Source of the DNA: Haliotis rufescens
Lineage: Eukaryota
Length of the DNA: 64,000 nucleotides
Direction of reading: 5' to 3'
Assembly (NCBI RefSeq): GCF_023055435.1
Contig: NW_025964223.1
Coordinates: 12,834,001 to 12,898,000 of the forward strand
The notes below the pieces were generated by a model, which saw nothing but the letters and a program-made list of their open reading frames with translations, searched no databases and was not told where the DNA came from. Made by a program: the position numbers and the translations under genes. The first letter of the stretch is position 1, and the number at the start of each line of letters is the position of its first letter. Shown here in pieces: positions 50,501 to 62,872 of this stretch.

Positions 50501-53500
50501 TGGCTGCCTTGAATGTGAAGTTGTTCTAGTTAACATTATCGCTGTTCCCCAGTCTGGGAGATGCTGTGGTTGCCATGTGAAGTTGTTCTTGTTAACATAA
50601 TCTCTGTTCCCAAGTCTGAGAGATGTGGCTGCCTTGAATGTGAAGTTGTTCTAGTTAACATTATCTCTGTTCCCAAGTCAGGGAGATGCTGTGGCTGCCT
50701 TGAATGTAAAGTTGTTCTAGTTAACATTATCGCTGTTCCCCAGTCTGAGAGATACTGTGGCTGCCTTGTGAAGTTGTTCTAGTTAACATTATCGCTGTTC
50801 CCAAGTCTGGGAGATGCTGTTGTTGCCATGTGAAGTTGTTCTAGTTAACATTATCGCTGTTCCCCAGTCTGAGAGATACTGTGGCTGCCTTGTGAAGTTG
50901 TTCTAGTTAACATTATCGCTGTTCCCAAGTCTGAGAGATACTGTGGCTGCCTTGAATGTGAAGTTGTTCTAGTTAACATTATCGCTGTTCCCAAGTCTGG
51001 GAGATGCTGTGGCTGCCTTGAATGTGAAGTTGTTCTAGTTAACATTATCGCTGTTCCCAAGTCAGGGAGATGCTGTGGCTGCCTTGAATGTGAAGTTGTT
51101 CTAGTTAATAATTATCTCTGTTCCCCAGCCTGGGAGATGCTGTGGCTGCCTTGTGAAGTTGTTCTAGTTAACATTATCGCTGTTCCCTAGTCTGAGAGAT
51201 ACTGTGGCTGCCTTGTGAAGTTGTTCTGGTTAACATTATCGCTTTTCCCCAGTCTGGGAGATGCTGTGGTTGCCATGTGAAGTTGTTCTAGTTAACATTA
51301 TCTCTGTTCCCCAGTCAGGGAGATGCTGTGGTTGCCATGTGAAGTTGTTCTAGTTAACATTATCGCTGTTCACCAGTCTGAGAGATACTGTGGCTGCCTT
51401 GTGAAGTTGTTCTAGTTAACATTATCGCTGTTCCCCAGTCTGGGAGATGCTGTGGCTGCCTTGAATGTGAAGTTGTTCTAGTTAACATTATCGCTGTTCC
51501 TCAGTCTGGGAGATGCTGTGGCTGCCTTGAATGTGAAGTTGTTCTAGTTAACATTATCGCTGTTCCTCAGTCTGGGAGATGCTGTGGCTTCCTTGAATGT
51601 GAAGTTGTTCTAGTTTACATTATCGCTGTTCCCCAGTCTGGGAGATGCTGTGGCTGCCTTGAATGTGAAGTTGTTCTAGTTAACATTATCGCTGTTCCCC
51701 AGTCTGGGAGATGCTGTGGCTGCCTTGAATGTGAAGTTGTTCTAGTTAACATTATTGCTGTTCCCCAGTCTGTGAGATGCTGTGGCTGCCTTGAATGTGA
51801 AGTTGTTCTAGTTAACATTATCGCTGTTCCCCAGTCTGTGAGATGCTGTGGCTGCCTTGAATGTGAAGTTGTTCTTGTTAACATTATCGCTGTTCCCCAG
51901 TCTGAGAGATACTGTGGCTGCCTTGTGAAGTTGTTCTAGTTAACATTATCGCTGTTCCCCAGCCTGGGAGATGCTGTGGCTGCCTTGAATGTGAAGTTGT
52001 TCTAGTTAACATTATCGCTGTTCCCCAGTCTGGGAGATGCTGTGGCTGCCTTGAATGTGAAGTTGTTCTAGTTAACATTATCGCTGTTCCCCAGCCTGGG
52101 AGATGCTGTGGCTGCCTTGAATGTGAAGTTGTTCTAGTTAACATTATCGCTGTTCCCCAGTCTGGGAGATGCTGTGGCTGCCTTGTGAAGTTGTTCTTGT
52201 TAACATTATCGCTGTTCCCCAGTTTGGGAGATGCTGTGGCTGCCTTCAATGTGAAGTTGTTCTAGTTAACATTATCGCTGTTCCTCAGCCTGGGAGATGC
52301 TGTGGCTGCCTTGAATGTGAAGTTGTTCTAGTTAACATTATTGCTGTTCCCCAGTCTGGGAGATGCTGTGGCTTCCTTGAATGTGAAGTTGTTCTTGTTA
52401 ACATTATCGCTGTTCCTCAGTCTGGGAGATGCTGTGGCTGCCTTGAATGTGAGGTTGTTCTAGTTAACATTATCGCTGTTCCTCAGCCTGGGAGATGCTG
52501 TGGCTGCCTTGAATGTGAAGTTGTTCTAGTTAACATTATCGCTGTTCCCCAGTCTGGGAGATGCTGTGGCTTCCTTGAATGTGAAGTTGTTCTTGTTAAC
52601 ATTATCGCTGTTCCTCAGTCTGGGAGATGCTGTGGCTGCCTTGAATGTGAGGTTGTTCTAGTTAACATTATCGCTGTTCCCCAGTCTGGGAGATGCTGTG
52701 GCTGCCTTTAATGTGAAGTTGTTCTAGTTAACATTATCGCTGTTCCCCAGTCTGGGAGATGCTGTGGCTGCCTTGAATGTGAAGAAGGCAGAGGAGACCA
52801 GCAAGTCCTCGGCTTCCAGCGTGACGGTCACTCCGATGAAACACTCGAACCAGCAGGTGAAGCGTGGCCTGGATAACAAGGAGAATGTGCCAGTGAAGTC
52901 CATGAAGAGATCCGTGTCCGACAATGAAAATATTGACACATCACTGCAGTCTCTCATAGAGAAGATGCATACTAGCCTGGAGGTGAGGATACTTAGTGAA
53001 AACAACTAACCACTTCATTTCATATCCATGTATATGAGAACTGAACACTACTGGTGAGATTCTCTTATTCAGCTTGCCATAATAAGTTCTGTAATGTCAC
53101 TGGGTCCGGTTGGGTAGCCTAGTGGCTTGTTCTCTTCTCACTGAAGGCCTGGGTTCATCCTCATAAGGATGCAGCGTGTGAGGCCCATTCTTGGTGTCCT
53201 CTGCCTTGATATGGCTTGAAAAATGCTTAGAGTGGCATGAAGCACAACTCAGTCAGGTCCTGCATCACTGGGTTGGTACAATGACTGTTTCATTGGGATC
53301 CCATGGTAGAATAGGTTCCCAGTACTTCATGTTGGTTCTGAGGGCAGACTTAAATCATGATTGAGTGAGAACACTACTGTGTGGCCTGGGTGTCACTGTA
53401 ACCCACTTGTATGGATGGATGCACATGCTTCTGGGTCCTGGTTTGTCTGTCCCAGATGATTGCCTTGCCATCAGGACATAGCTGCAATATTGCTGATGCC

Positions 53501-56500
53501 CACTCACTCACTCACTCACTACCTCACCCAACCCCATCTCACCCAAAACCACCCAACCTCGCCCAATCCCATCCCATCCCATCCCTCCCCACCTCACCTA
53601 ACCTCACCTCACCTCACCAAAACACTCTCTTACTCTTCTAAAGAAACAAACGCTGTCCTTTTAATCTAATCTTTGTTTTCCCATTGTAAGAGATTTGATT
53701 TACTTATTTGTGGACCCTGTAATTAAGCAATGCTGTTATGTCATATAACGACTGATGCCTCATCACAGGTTGTCTTGGCCTGTTCTGTTTGTTTTTGCTG
53801 TGTGTCTACATGATCTCTAGTCTGTCTGGTTTATTCCAACACAGGTGAAAGACACCAAAGCCTCCGATATAATTGAAATATATGAGCACAGATTTCAGAC
53901 TCTACAGGTAATTGTAAAACTTTCACTACCATTAATAGTTCCATGATAACACTGTCAAAATATACTACCCAAAAGAACTTATAGAACACCTGAATTTTTA
54001 ACGTATACTGCATTACATATTGCACATTGCTCTTACTACCGAAGTCCTAAGTGGAAATGAATGATGATATATCAGCAGCATCAGTAATTTGTGTTGCCCT
54101 CCATGATCCATGACATCCGTGACTGCATCCGGAGTGCTTCGGTTTACTGTGCCAGCAGTTGGGGCAGCTGAACATCAACCTGTTTGCCACAAGACACAGC
54201 ACACAGTTGCCGATGTACGTGTCTCCAATGCCAGAAACTCAGGTGTGGACTGTTGATGCCAACGCAACAACCAATCTGTCCTTGATCCTTTTGTTGCCGC
54301 ATTAGGCGGCAAGAACCTGGTTCTCTGACCCATGATGTGTCGCCGGGCAACCAGCTCTGAAACTCCCAGAGTCGTCCAACCAATCCCCTGCAGGACCCTC
54401 ACAAATACAGCCTCCATCCATCCCCAGTGCAGTTCAAACTTCATGCTTGGGTCGTATGCAGATGGTACTGATAGCCAAGGGTTACTCAAGGAGAGCAGCC
54501 CAAGCCGTAGCTCAGGCTCATAGACCATCCACCAGGGGGCTGTATGTTGATAAATGGGGCTCCTTTGAGATTTTCTGTAGGAAACATGGCGGAAAGATGC
54601 AACTGCGCAATTCGTAGCGGATTACTTGCTCCACCTGAGAACAAAGAAACTCCTTATGGGTGGTACTATAGCTATGTGCCTGTCTGCTTTCAATACTGTC
54701 TGCATTGTCACTCAAGACTGGAAGTTATCATAAGGAGTTTCAGACGTTCTGCCCTCCCGTCCTCCAACCTCCAACCTTCAACAACGTCCCTATGAAACAC
54801 TTGACAAAGCCTCTTTTAAGCACTTGATTCAGAAGACCATCTACCTACTAGCTCTAGCTACAGCAGCCAGGATTAGCGAGCTCAATGCTCTTGATCTCAC
54901 ACAAGTCCAGTGGAAACAACGCTCCCGAGGGTCACTGTGCTGGGATTTTAGCCAAAAACCAACAGCCTCAGCAACCCATTGTAGGGTGGAGGACCAGGAT
55001 GAGCTGCTGCAATATTCCGTCTGTACCCTCAAAGAGAACAGAGAAGGCCCCAGGAGAACGACTAGACGCAGCCTCTTCTTCCAACCTTTGCTGACTTGTA
55101 AAGGAGAATCTCCAGGAATACCATCTCCTCTTGGCTGAGATCCACAATCCTGCCGGCCTATGACGCAGCAGGATTAGAGCACCCCATTACCTCTGGGATG
55201 TGTCTGTAGAAGATGTGGATGGCGTGCATAGTTTTTGGCTATTGGTGGTTGCCCAACGGATCACCAAGCCCAAGAAATGCCAGTAGACTGCAATGCAACC
55301 TACCACCTTATCCCCTCAGTCAAGCATTTCCCAGGGTCCACTGCCTAGGGAGTAGTGTAGACAAACCATCTCAGGCAAGCCCAACCTACAGGAGACCCGT
55401 GAAGATTCCGGGGTAGAATAGGTCTTCAGCCACCCATGCTTGCCGTAAAAGGTGACTATGCTTGTCGTAAAAGGCGACTAACGGGATCGGGTGGTCAGGC
55501 TCGCTGACTTGGTTGATGCATGTCATCGATCCCAATTGCGTGGATTGATGCTCATGATATCAATCACTGGATTGTCTGGTCAAGACTCGATTATTTACAG
55601 ATCGCCATCATATGTAGCTGGAATATTACTGAATGCGGCGTTAAACAACAAACCAACCAACCAACCAACCTACAGGACCACTCTGCGAGATGCCAAGCAC
55701 TGGACTGAAGGTTCGCACTGACACCTTCCATCGGATAAAGTGTAATCAGCCCTGAGGGACATTGGAAGAGAAAAATGACACCAGATATCACAAGGGGCAT
55801 GGAGGTCATGTTGGGCAAAAGAGTTACTGAAGAGTTTGATAGATCAGCATTCATTTCCAGTTGGAACTTCGGTAATAAGAACAATGTGCAATAAGCATAT
55901 TACTCTGATTGTGGATTTTTTTTCATTTCACCATAGTTAATATGATTATGATTATTTCCCCTGACCAACTTCTCGACTAAGCTGCACCCCATGCTAAGAC
56001 CAAAATTTGTACAACAGTACATATTTTCTTGTGCCCATTACAGATTGTTTACAGCCACAGTAGGATAGAAGTGGGATATAATTGCCTTGAAACTATTATC
56101 TGCTTAGTTTCATCGATGTTAAAACTAATTCTGTTCACTACTGCTCGATCTGAAACACAGTTTAACTCACTATGTATGGTTTTAGCTAGCAGCGTCCCTT
56201 CTTCAACTTTCTAAGTGCTTGGGATGCATATTATGGCAAATATGATATCTGCTAATTCCCCATCTCCCCATGTTTTAGACCAAGGAGGAGCACTTGGAAA
56301 ATCTGCTGGAGGCTAAGACCATGGCAGTAGCCCAGGCTGACCGACTCATAGCCCAGTACAGGGCCAGACAGGCCAGGTATGAAGGCGAGGTGAGTACATT
56401 CTGTATATCTGCTCTTGTAATGGCAGTAGCCCAGGCTACTGACTCATAGCCCAGTACAGGACCAGACAGGCCAGGTATGAAGGTGAGGTGAGTACATTCT

Positions 56501-59500
56501 GTATACCTGCCCTTGTAATGGCAGTAGCCCAGGCTGACCGACTTATAGCCAAGTACAGGGCCAGACAGACCAGGTATGAAGGCGAGGTGAGTACATTCTG
56601 TATATCTGCTCTTGTAATGGCAGTAGCCCAGGCTACTGACTCATAGCCCAGTACAGGACCAGACAGGCCAGGTATGAAGGTGAGGTGAGTACATTCTGTA
56701 TACCTGCCCTTGTAATGGCGGTAGCCCAGGCTGACCGACTTATAGCCAAGTACAGGGCCAGACAGACCAGGTATGAAGGCGAGGTGAGTACATTCTGTAT
56801 ATCTGCCCTTATAACGGCAGTAGCCCAGACTCATAACCCAGTACATTCTGTATACCTGCCCTTGTAACGGCAGTAGCCCAGGCTACTGACTTATAGCCCA
56901 GTACAGGACCAGACAGGCCAGGTATGAAGGCGAGGTGAGTACATTCTGTATATCTGCCCTTATAACGGCAGTAGCCCAGACTCATAACCCAGTACATTCT
57001 GTATATCTGCCCTTGTAACGGCAGTAGCCCAGACTCATAACCCAGTTCATTCTGTATATCTGCCCTTATAACGGCAGTAGCCCAGACTCATAACCCAGTT
57101 CATTCTGTATATCTGCCCTTATAACGGCAGTAGCCCGGACTCATAACCCAGTTCATTCTGTATATCTGCCCTTATAACGGCAGTAGCCCAGACTCATAAC
57201 CCAGTTCATTCTGTATATCTGCCCTTATAACGGCAGTAGCCCAGACTCATAACCCAGTTCATTCTGTATATCTGCACTTATAACGGCAGTAGCCCAGACT
57301 CATAACCCAGTTCATTCTGTATATCTGCCCTTGTAACGGCAGTAGCCCAGACTCATAACCCAGTACATTCTGTATATCTGCCCTTGTAATGGCAGTAGCC
57401 CAGACTCATAGCCCAGTACATTCTGTACATCTGCCCTTGTGTTTGGAAAAATATCTAACTAGCTGCTTTATTTTACAGACACAGAAGATGCGCTGCTACT
57501 TCCAGGAGTCTGAGCGGAAGGCTGAGAAGTATCAAGAGCAGATCAACACACTCAACCTTGAGCGTGAAACTCTGCAGCATGAGTTTGATCAACAGGCACA
57601 AGACTTACAGAGGTAGGCACAGAGTTAGAGGTGTAGGCACAGAGTTAGAGGTGTAGGCACAGGACTTACAGAGGTAGGCACGTAGTTAGAGGTGTAGGCA
57701 CAGGACTTACAGAGGTAGGCACGGAGTTAGAGGTGTAGGCACAGGACTTACAGAAGTAGGCACGGAGTTAGAGGTGTAGGCACAGAGTTAGAGGTGTAGG
57801 CACAGGACTTACAGAAGTAGGCACAGAGTTAGAGGTGTAGGCACAGAGTTAGAGGTGTAGGCACAGGACTTACAGAGGTAGGCACAGACTTAGAGGTGTA
57901 GGCTCAGGACTTACAGAGGTAGGCACGGAGTTAGAGGTGTAGGCACAGGACTTACAGAGGTAGGCAAGGAGTTAGAGCCGTAGGCACAGGACTTAGAGAG
58001 GTAGGCACGGAGTTAGAGGTGTAGGCACAGGACTTACAGAGGTAGGCACAGAGCTAGAGGTGTAGGCACAGGACTTACAGAGGTAGGCACAGAGCTAGAG
58101 GTGTAGGCACAGGACTTACAGAGATAGGCACAGAGTTAGAGGTGTAGGCTCAGAGTTAGAGGTGTAGGCACAGGACTTACAGAGGTAGGCATGGAGTTAG
58201 AGGTGTAGGCACAGGACTTACAGAGGTAGGCACGGAGTTAGAGGTGTAGGCACAGAGTTAGAGGTGTAGGCACAGGACTTACAGAGGTGTAGGCACAGAG
58301 TAAGAGGTGTAGGCATAGGCTTTACAGAGGTAGGCACGGAGTTAGAGGTGTAGGCACAGGACTTACAGAGGTGTAGGCACAGAGTAAGAGGTGTAGGCAC
58401 AGGACTTACAGAGGTAGGCACGGAGTTAGAGGTGTAGGCACAGAGTTAGAGGTGTAGGCACAGGACTTACAGAGGTGTAGGCACAGAGTAAGAGGTGTAG
58501 GCACAGGACCTACAGAGGTAGGCACGGATTTAGAGGTGTAGGCACAGGACTTACAGAGGTAGGCACGGAGTTAGAGGTGTAGGCACAGGACTTACAGAGG
58601 TAGGCACAGAGCTAGAGGTGTAGGCACAGGACTTAGAGAGGTAGGCACAGAGCTAGAGGTGTAGGCACAGGACTTACAGAGGTATGCACAGAGTTAGAGG
58701 TGTAGGCACAGGACTTACAGAGGTAGGCACAGGACTTACAGAGGTAGGCACAGGACTTACAGAGGTAGGCACAGAGTTAGAGGTGTAGGATGTTTAGGAC
58801 CTACTTTATAAAGTACTGTGAAATAACACCTTCAAGGACCCAAGGATCTCCCTTAATTTATAACACTGTATCAATACATCTATTGCCAAACATATATCCT
58901 TGCATAAATATATGGTTCAGCATACCACTTCCTGTTTCACTGTAGTTTTATAACCATGTGGCTTGTTTCCTGACAGACTTGAGCTGAAGTCAGAGGAGTG
59001 CGAGGAGCTGAAGGCAGCGCTTACAGAGCTGCAGGAGAAGTGAGTCTGTCAGCTCATTCACCTATATATCCTCTCGTTAGTAATGACACTGTTCTAAACA
59101 TCACATCCCTTTACCTTGTAATCACGTCACGTTACCTTAAAAATCTCTCACCCCCATGGAGATCCGGGATAGAATTGGTCTTCAGCAGGGCATGCTTGTT
59201 GCAACAGGCGACTTACGGGTGGGTGGTCAGACTTGGTTGATGGATTTCATTGTATCCCAACTGTGCACATTAATGCTCATGATGTCAATCACTGGATTGT
59301 CTAGTCCCGACTCAGTTATTTACAGAGTCCATCCTATAGCTGGAATATTGCTAATTGCGGCGTTAAACAACAAACAAAAACACACTCTCTCACTATCAAT
59401 AGGTTTTCTTTGATAAAGTCTTGTACCGCGAAGGATTATTTGTAACATCGATGAGAGCAATCTAGCTGTTGAACTGACAGTGTGTTTGTGTCTACAGGCA

Positions 59501-62353
59501 TGACAAGAGTGAGCGCAGCCTCCTGTGTCTACAGCAGGAGCACAAGACCATGTCGGAGATGCACGACATGCTGCAGAAACACCACGAGAGCCTGAAGCAG
59601 CAACACGACGTGTGAGTCACATGTTGTAGGCATAGACAATCTCACCCTTGTGTCTTTTGATATCAAATGTATCAACACAAGTTGATAAAGTTTCAAATTC
59701 TGTGGTTTGCCAAGGAATTTTAAAGTTTAATCGACAAATGTCGATATATTTGATATCAAAAGACACAAGGGTGAGATTCTGTTTATCATCCGAGATCATT
59801 CTTCCCACTTTTTCAGTTGTAAACAGTAATAACCAGTTGCCTCAATGTAAAAATGAGGTAACTAGCTTCAGAGGCAGAGATTTGTGATGTCATTTGATTG
59901 TGACATCATGTAAATGATGTTGTCACTGATGATGTCACAATTGTCTTCAAAGCATTGTGATCCAATTTAGGTGTATTTCATCTTGCCCAAAAAAATTCAG
60001 GTGTGCATGGGAAGGTGATTAAGTTTAACACCTGGCCAGGTGTGCCTGCAAGCAGGTGTAAAGTGTTGGATCAGATCCAAGACAGAATGGAGGAGATAAC
60101 TTGGACTTCTGCATGAAGCAACATTCTCCAGGAATAGACATGGCCACAAGTACACTAGCCCCACCCAGACTGGTGAACATCAAGAGGGACTAGTGGTTTT
60201 CTGATCAGTCTAGTTACTTTTCAGGAACTGCTGGTCCAAAATGAGTGGGGACAATTTTGATATGACCAGTGGTGTCTACCTTCTTCTCCAACTGACAAGT
60301 AGTCTAAGGCGCCGCGATTCGTTGTCCCCAGTTGCGTCCATTGGGCACGCCAGAAACCTTTGATTGTGGGTTCAAATCCTGGTTTGCCCCGATTACGTTT
60401 CTAGGTTTGTCAGCACCATACCCATGCTCGTGGGTTTCACCGAAGTGGTAAACATCTGAGACCTGCATCACTTCAGGCTTTCCTCCCACATTAAGCTGAC
60501 ATGCCTTGATATAACTGGAATACTGTTAAAAGCGGTGTTAAACCCAACTCACTCACTCACCCTAAGCGACAAATATTAACTGGACAACATTGACACATTT
60601 TTGTTGTCATGGCAATTTTTGTCTGTTTTTATTTTAGGACAACTGATCATCTAAGGAAGTTGGAAGATGAAAGGAAGCAGATTTCAAAATTACTGAAGGA
60701 GAAAGAAACAAAACTACAAGGTGGGTTATCCATATATTCCCAAAGTCCTTTGACAAATTTGTTCATGCCATGAGTCAGATTATCTCAATGGACTGTTGTA
60801 GTTATGAGTAGCTTGTTTTTACATGATGTGTATAGTTATTAGGGCTGGGATGATACACCAACTGTGCGATCCAATACGTATCATGATACCTTGGTCCTGA
60901 TCTGATACGCATCACGATAATTGCATGCTCTTATCTGTGGTGTGTAAGCCACCTTTTTCATAGTTAGGATTCTCAAATACCCAGCGCACTAATGAGTAAC
61001 AGCTGGCAGTGTCAGGTATGGCACAGTGGAGGAAAATATTTACGTTTTCACTACTCATTTTCACTACTCATTTTCACTACTCATTTTCACTAGTAATTGG
61101 TGTTTAGTGTAACACTTATTCAAGAAAACATTTAAGGTAAGAATTGATACTTTTCACTTAGTGTGCGACTGTGATCGATCAAGAAGTACAAAAGCATGAT
61201 CCTCCAATGCATTGGTGTATTGTCCCACAACTAATGGTTCTGTTGGTGTGTAACAGAGACGACAAAGACGCTGCAGAAAACAGACGAGAAGCTGAAGAAG
61301 GTGTCGGCTGAGAAGGCGACCATTGAGGAGGAGAAGGACAAGATGGAGCTGACTGTGGACCAGCTCCGGACAGACATACAGCGAGCTGAGCAGCTCCGGA
61401 GAGACCTGCAGCATAAGGTGAGTGTTCCCATCAACAGCGTGGGGCAGTGTCAGGAGTTGTAGTGTACATTGAGTGTTCTCATCAGCAACAGGGGCAGTCT
61501 GGTAGTCTAGTGGTTAAAGCGTTCGCTCGTCACGCCGAAGACCCGGGTTCGATTCCCGACATGGGTACAATGTGTGAAGCCCATTTCTGGTGTCCTCCAC
61601 CGTGATATTGCTGGAATATTGCTAAAAGCGGCGTAAAACCATACTCAATCACTCATTCACTCATCAGCAACATGGGTTGTGTCAAGAGCCGTGGCATGAG
61701 GTAGTGCCAAGAGCCATGGCATGAGGTAGTGTCAAGAGCCGTGGCGTGGGGTAGAATCAAGAGCTGTGTTGTGGGGTAGACTCAAGAGCTGTTGCAAGAG
61801 GTAGAGTCAAGAGCTGTGGCATTAAGTTGCGTCAGGAGCTGTGTTGTGGGGTAGTGTCTTAAGCTGTGACATGAGGTGTCAAGAGCTGCAGCATGGGGTA
61901 GAGTCAAGAGCTGCAGCATGGGGTAGAGTCAAGAGCTGCAGCATTAAAGTTGTGTCAGGAGCTGTGTTGTGGGGTAGTGTCTTAAGCTGTGACATGAGGT
62001 GTCAAGAGCTGTAGCGTGAGGTAGAGTCAAGAGCTGCAGCATGGGGTAGAGTCAAGAGCTCCATCATTAAAGTTTTGTCAGGAGCTGTGGCATGAGATCA
62101 ATGGCTATCTGCAAACATGTGTTTGTGTATCAGATGAATCTGTATATGTGAAGCTGTCTGGAGAGGAAATGATATCATGACTTGCATGTTTCAGATGGAT
62201 TCTCTGGAGGCTGTCGTCCAGGACCAGGAGAATGCCATGAAGGAGAGGGAGGACAAGATGGCTGTGCAGCAGGCCGAGATAGACAAGCACCAGCAGATAG
62301 CTGCCCTCATACACAGTCTTAGTGGGGGGAAGGATGGTAACCCACCCAAGTGA
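32565..62353 (+). CDS. CIP2A: Protein CIP2A (cellular inhibitor of PP2A / KIAA1524), 22 coding exons, 927 aa
   Basis: Exons 32565-32666, 33364-33523, 34976-35088, 35349-35443, 37073-37166, 38528-38650, 39194-39339, 40055-40130, 41761-41997, 45477-45633, 47156-47297, 48058-48157, 48945-49063, 52751-52982, 53845-53907, 56279-56389, 57479-57612, 58977-59039, 59498-59611, 60638-60720, 61257-61417, 62195-62353; phases consistent. Recognisable CIP2A blocks CLGLLANL, LIFNILVNGD, LLEAKTMAVAQADRLIAQYR, IHSLSGGK. Confidence 0.95.
35993..36503. mobile_element. MITE with ~65-bp TIRs; inverted copy at ~43404..44950, interrupted by another element
   Basis: cccgaggcaagaaagttaactgact...cttgccgaactaggctgg and its reverse complement at the right end; internal sequence matches 44455-44950 in reverse. 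Confidence 0.8.
40156..41752 (+). repeat. 40-bp minisatellite (~40 copies) filling CIP2A intron 8
   Basis: Unit ctcagacacacatgctcctgtgttaatctgccctcactct; starts ~25 nt after the donor and runs into the acceptor tract. Confidence 0.97.
42172..42435 (+). mobile_element. SINE family B (V-domain-like); further copies at about 22150, 24785(-), 25814, 34753, 36759, 38750(-), 47352, 48414, 55394, 59150
   Basis: Shared core cttgtcgtaagaggcgactaacgggatc and tail atagctggaatattgctgagtgcggcgttaaac(aac/aaac)n; TSDs such as ataaaacaagt, cattgttacaa, ccaacctacagga. Confidence 0.88.
43417..44454. mobile_element. Non-autonomous DNA transposon with CA(C/T)GGTTCCCACT termini and 5-bp TSD (Transib-like)
   Basis: Left catggttcccact, right agtgggaaccgtg; aaaag duplicated at 43412-43416 and 44455-44459; subterminal tcaggga repeats. 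Confidence 0.75.
47785..47924. other. Assembly gap (140 N)
   Basis: Run of n inside a SINE copy. Confidence 1.
49675..52783 (+). repeat. 63-bp minisatellite (~50 copies) spanning the acceptor of CIP2A exon 14
   Basis: Unit ttgttctagttaacattatcgctgttccccag|tctgggagatgctgtggctgccttgaatgtgaag; the last copy continues into the exon (LGDAVAALNVK-KAEE). Confidence 0.97.
54017..55895 (+). mobile_element. Degenerate, internally deleted DIRS1-type retrotransposon with inverted terminal repeats
   Basis: ITRs at ~54017-54110 and ~55800-55895; INLFATRHSTQLPMYVSP (DIRS1 methyltransferase DLFA-like motif) near 54175; YR-like QKTIYLLALATAARISELNALD near 54830; SINE inserted at 55394. Confidence 0.75.
56321..57440 (+). 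repeat. ~99-bp then ~53-bp minisatellite spanning the donor of CIP2A exon 16
   Basis: Six copies of ...tatgaagg(c/t)gag|gtgagtacattctg (56389, ~56487, 56586, ~56684, 56783, ~56934), followed by a deletion-derived 53-bp unit. Confidence 0.95.
57595..58788 (+). repeat. ~20/41-bp minisatellite spanning the donor of CIP2A exon 17
   Basis: Unit ggcacaggacttacagag|gtaggcacagagttagaggtgta; the first copy is the exon end (AQDLQR). Confidence 0.95.
61491..61660 (+). mobile_element. tRNA-derived SINE family A; copies at 63724..63895, 45723..45876(-), degenerate 53102..53252
   Basis: A box tagtctagtggttaa, B box ggttcgattcc, (cact)n tail; TSD tcatcagcaaca at 61479-61490 and 61661-61672. Confidence 0.9.
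61673..62095 (+). repeat. Degenerate ~24-bp minisatellite in CIP2A intron 21
   Basis: Recurrent gtcaagagctgtggcatgaggta variants; similar to the intron start at 61440-61462. Confidence 0.85.
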
Positions 62354-62574
62354 CCACACACACATACTAGAGGTTTAGTTCAGGGATAAACAAGCACCAG
62401 AAGATGGCTGCCCTCATACACAGTCTTAGTGGGGGGAAGGATGTTCACCTCACCCAAGTGACCACACACACACACACATACTAGAGGTTTAGTTCAGGGA
62501 TAAACAAGTACCAGCAGATGGCTGCCCTCAAACACAGTCTAAGTGGGGGGAAGGATGTTCACCCACCCAAGTGA

Positions 62575-62618
<44 letters not shown>

Positions 62619-62832
62619 GAGGTTTAGTTCAGGGATAAACAAGCACCAGAAGATGGCTACCCTCATACACAGTCTTAGTGGGGGGAAGGATGGTAACCCA
62701 CCCAAGTGACCACACACACACACACACACACACACATACTAGAGGTTTAGTTCAGGGATAAACAAGCACCAGAAGATGGCTGCCCTCATACACAGTCTTA
62801 GTGGGGGGAAGGATGGTAACCCACCCAAGTGA

Positions 62833-62872
<40 letters not shown>

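Noticed and set aside
49654-52711. Cys-rich repetitive ORFs (RCCGCLECEVVLVNIIAVPQSG)n resembling metallothionein or keratin-associated proteins
   Set aside because: They are off-frame translations of the intronic 63-bp minisatellite; both strands give ORFs and indels break the frames at random.
40156-58788. CRISPR-like arrays
   Set aside because: Units are head-to-tail with no unique spacers, there are no cas genes, and the context is eukaryotic introns.
61491-61565. tRNA genes (also near 63724, 45800 and 18300)
   Set aside because: These are tRNA-like heads continuous with SINE bodies, tails and TSDs.
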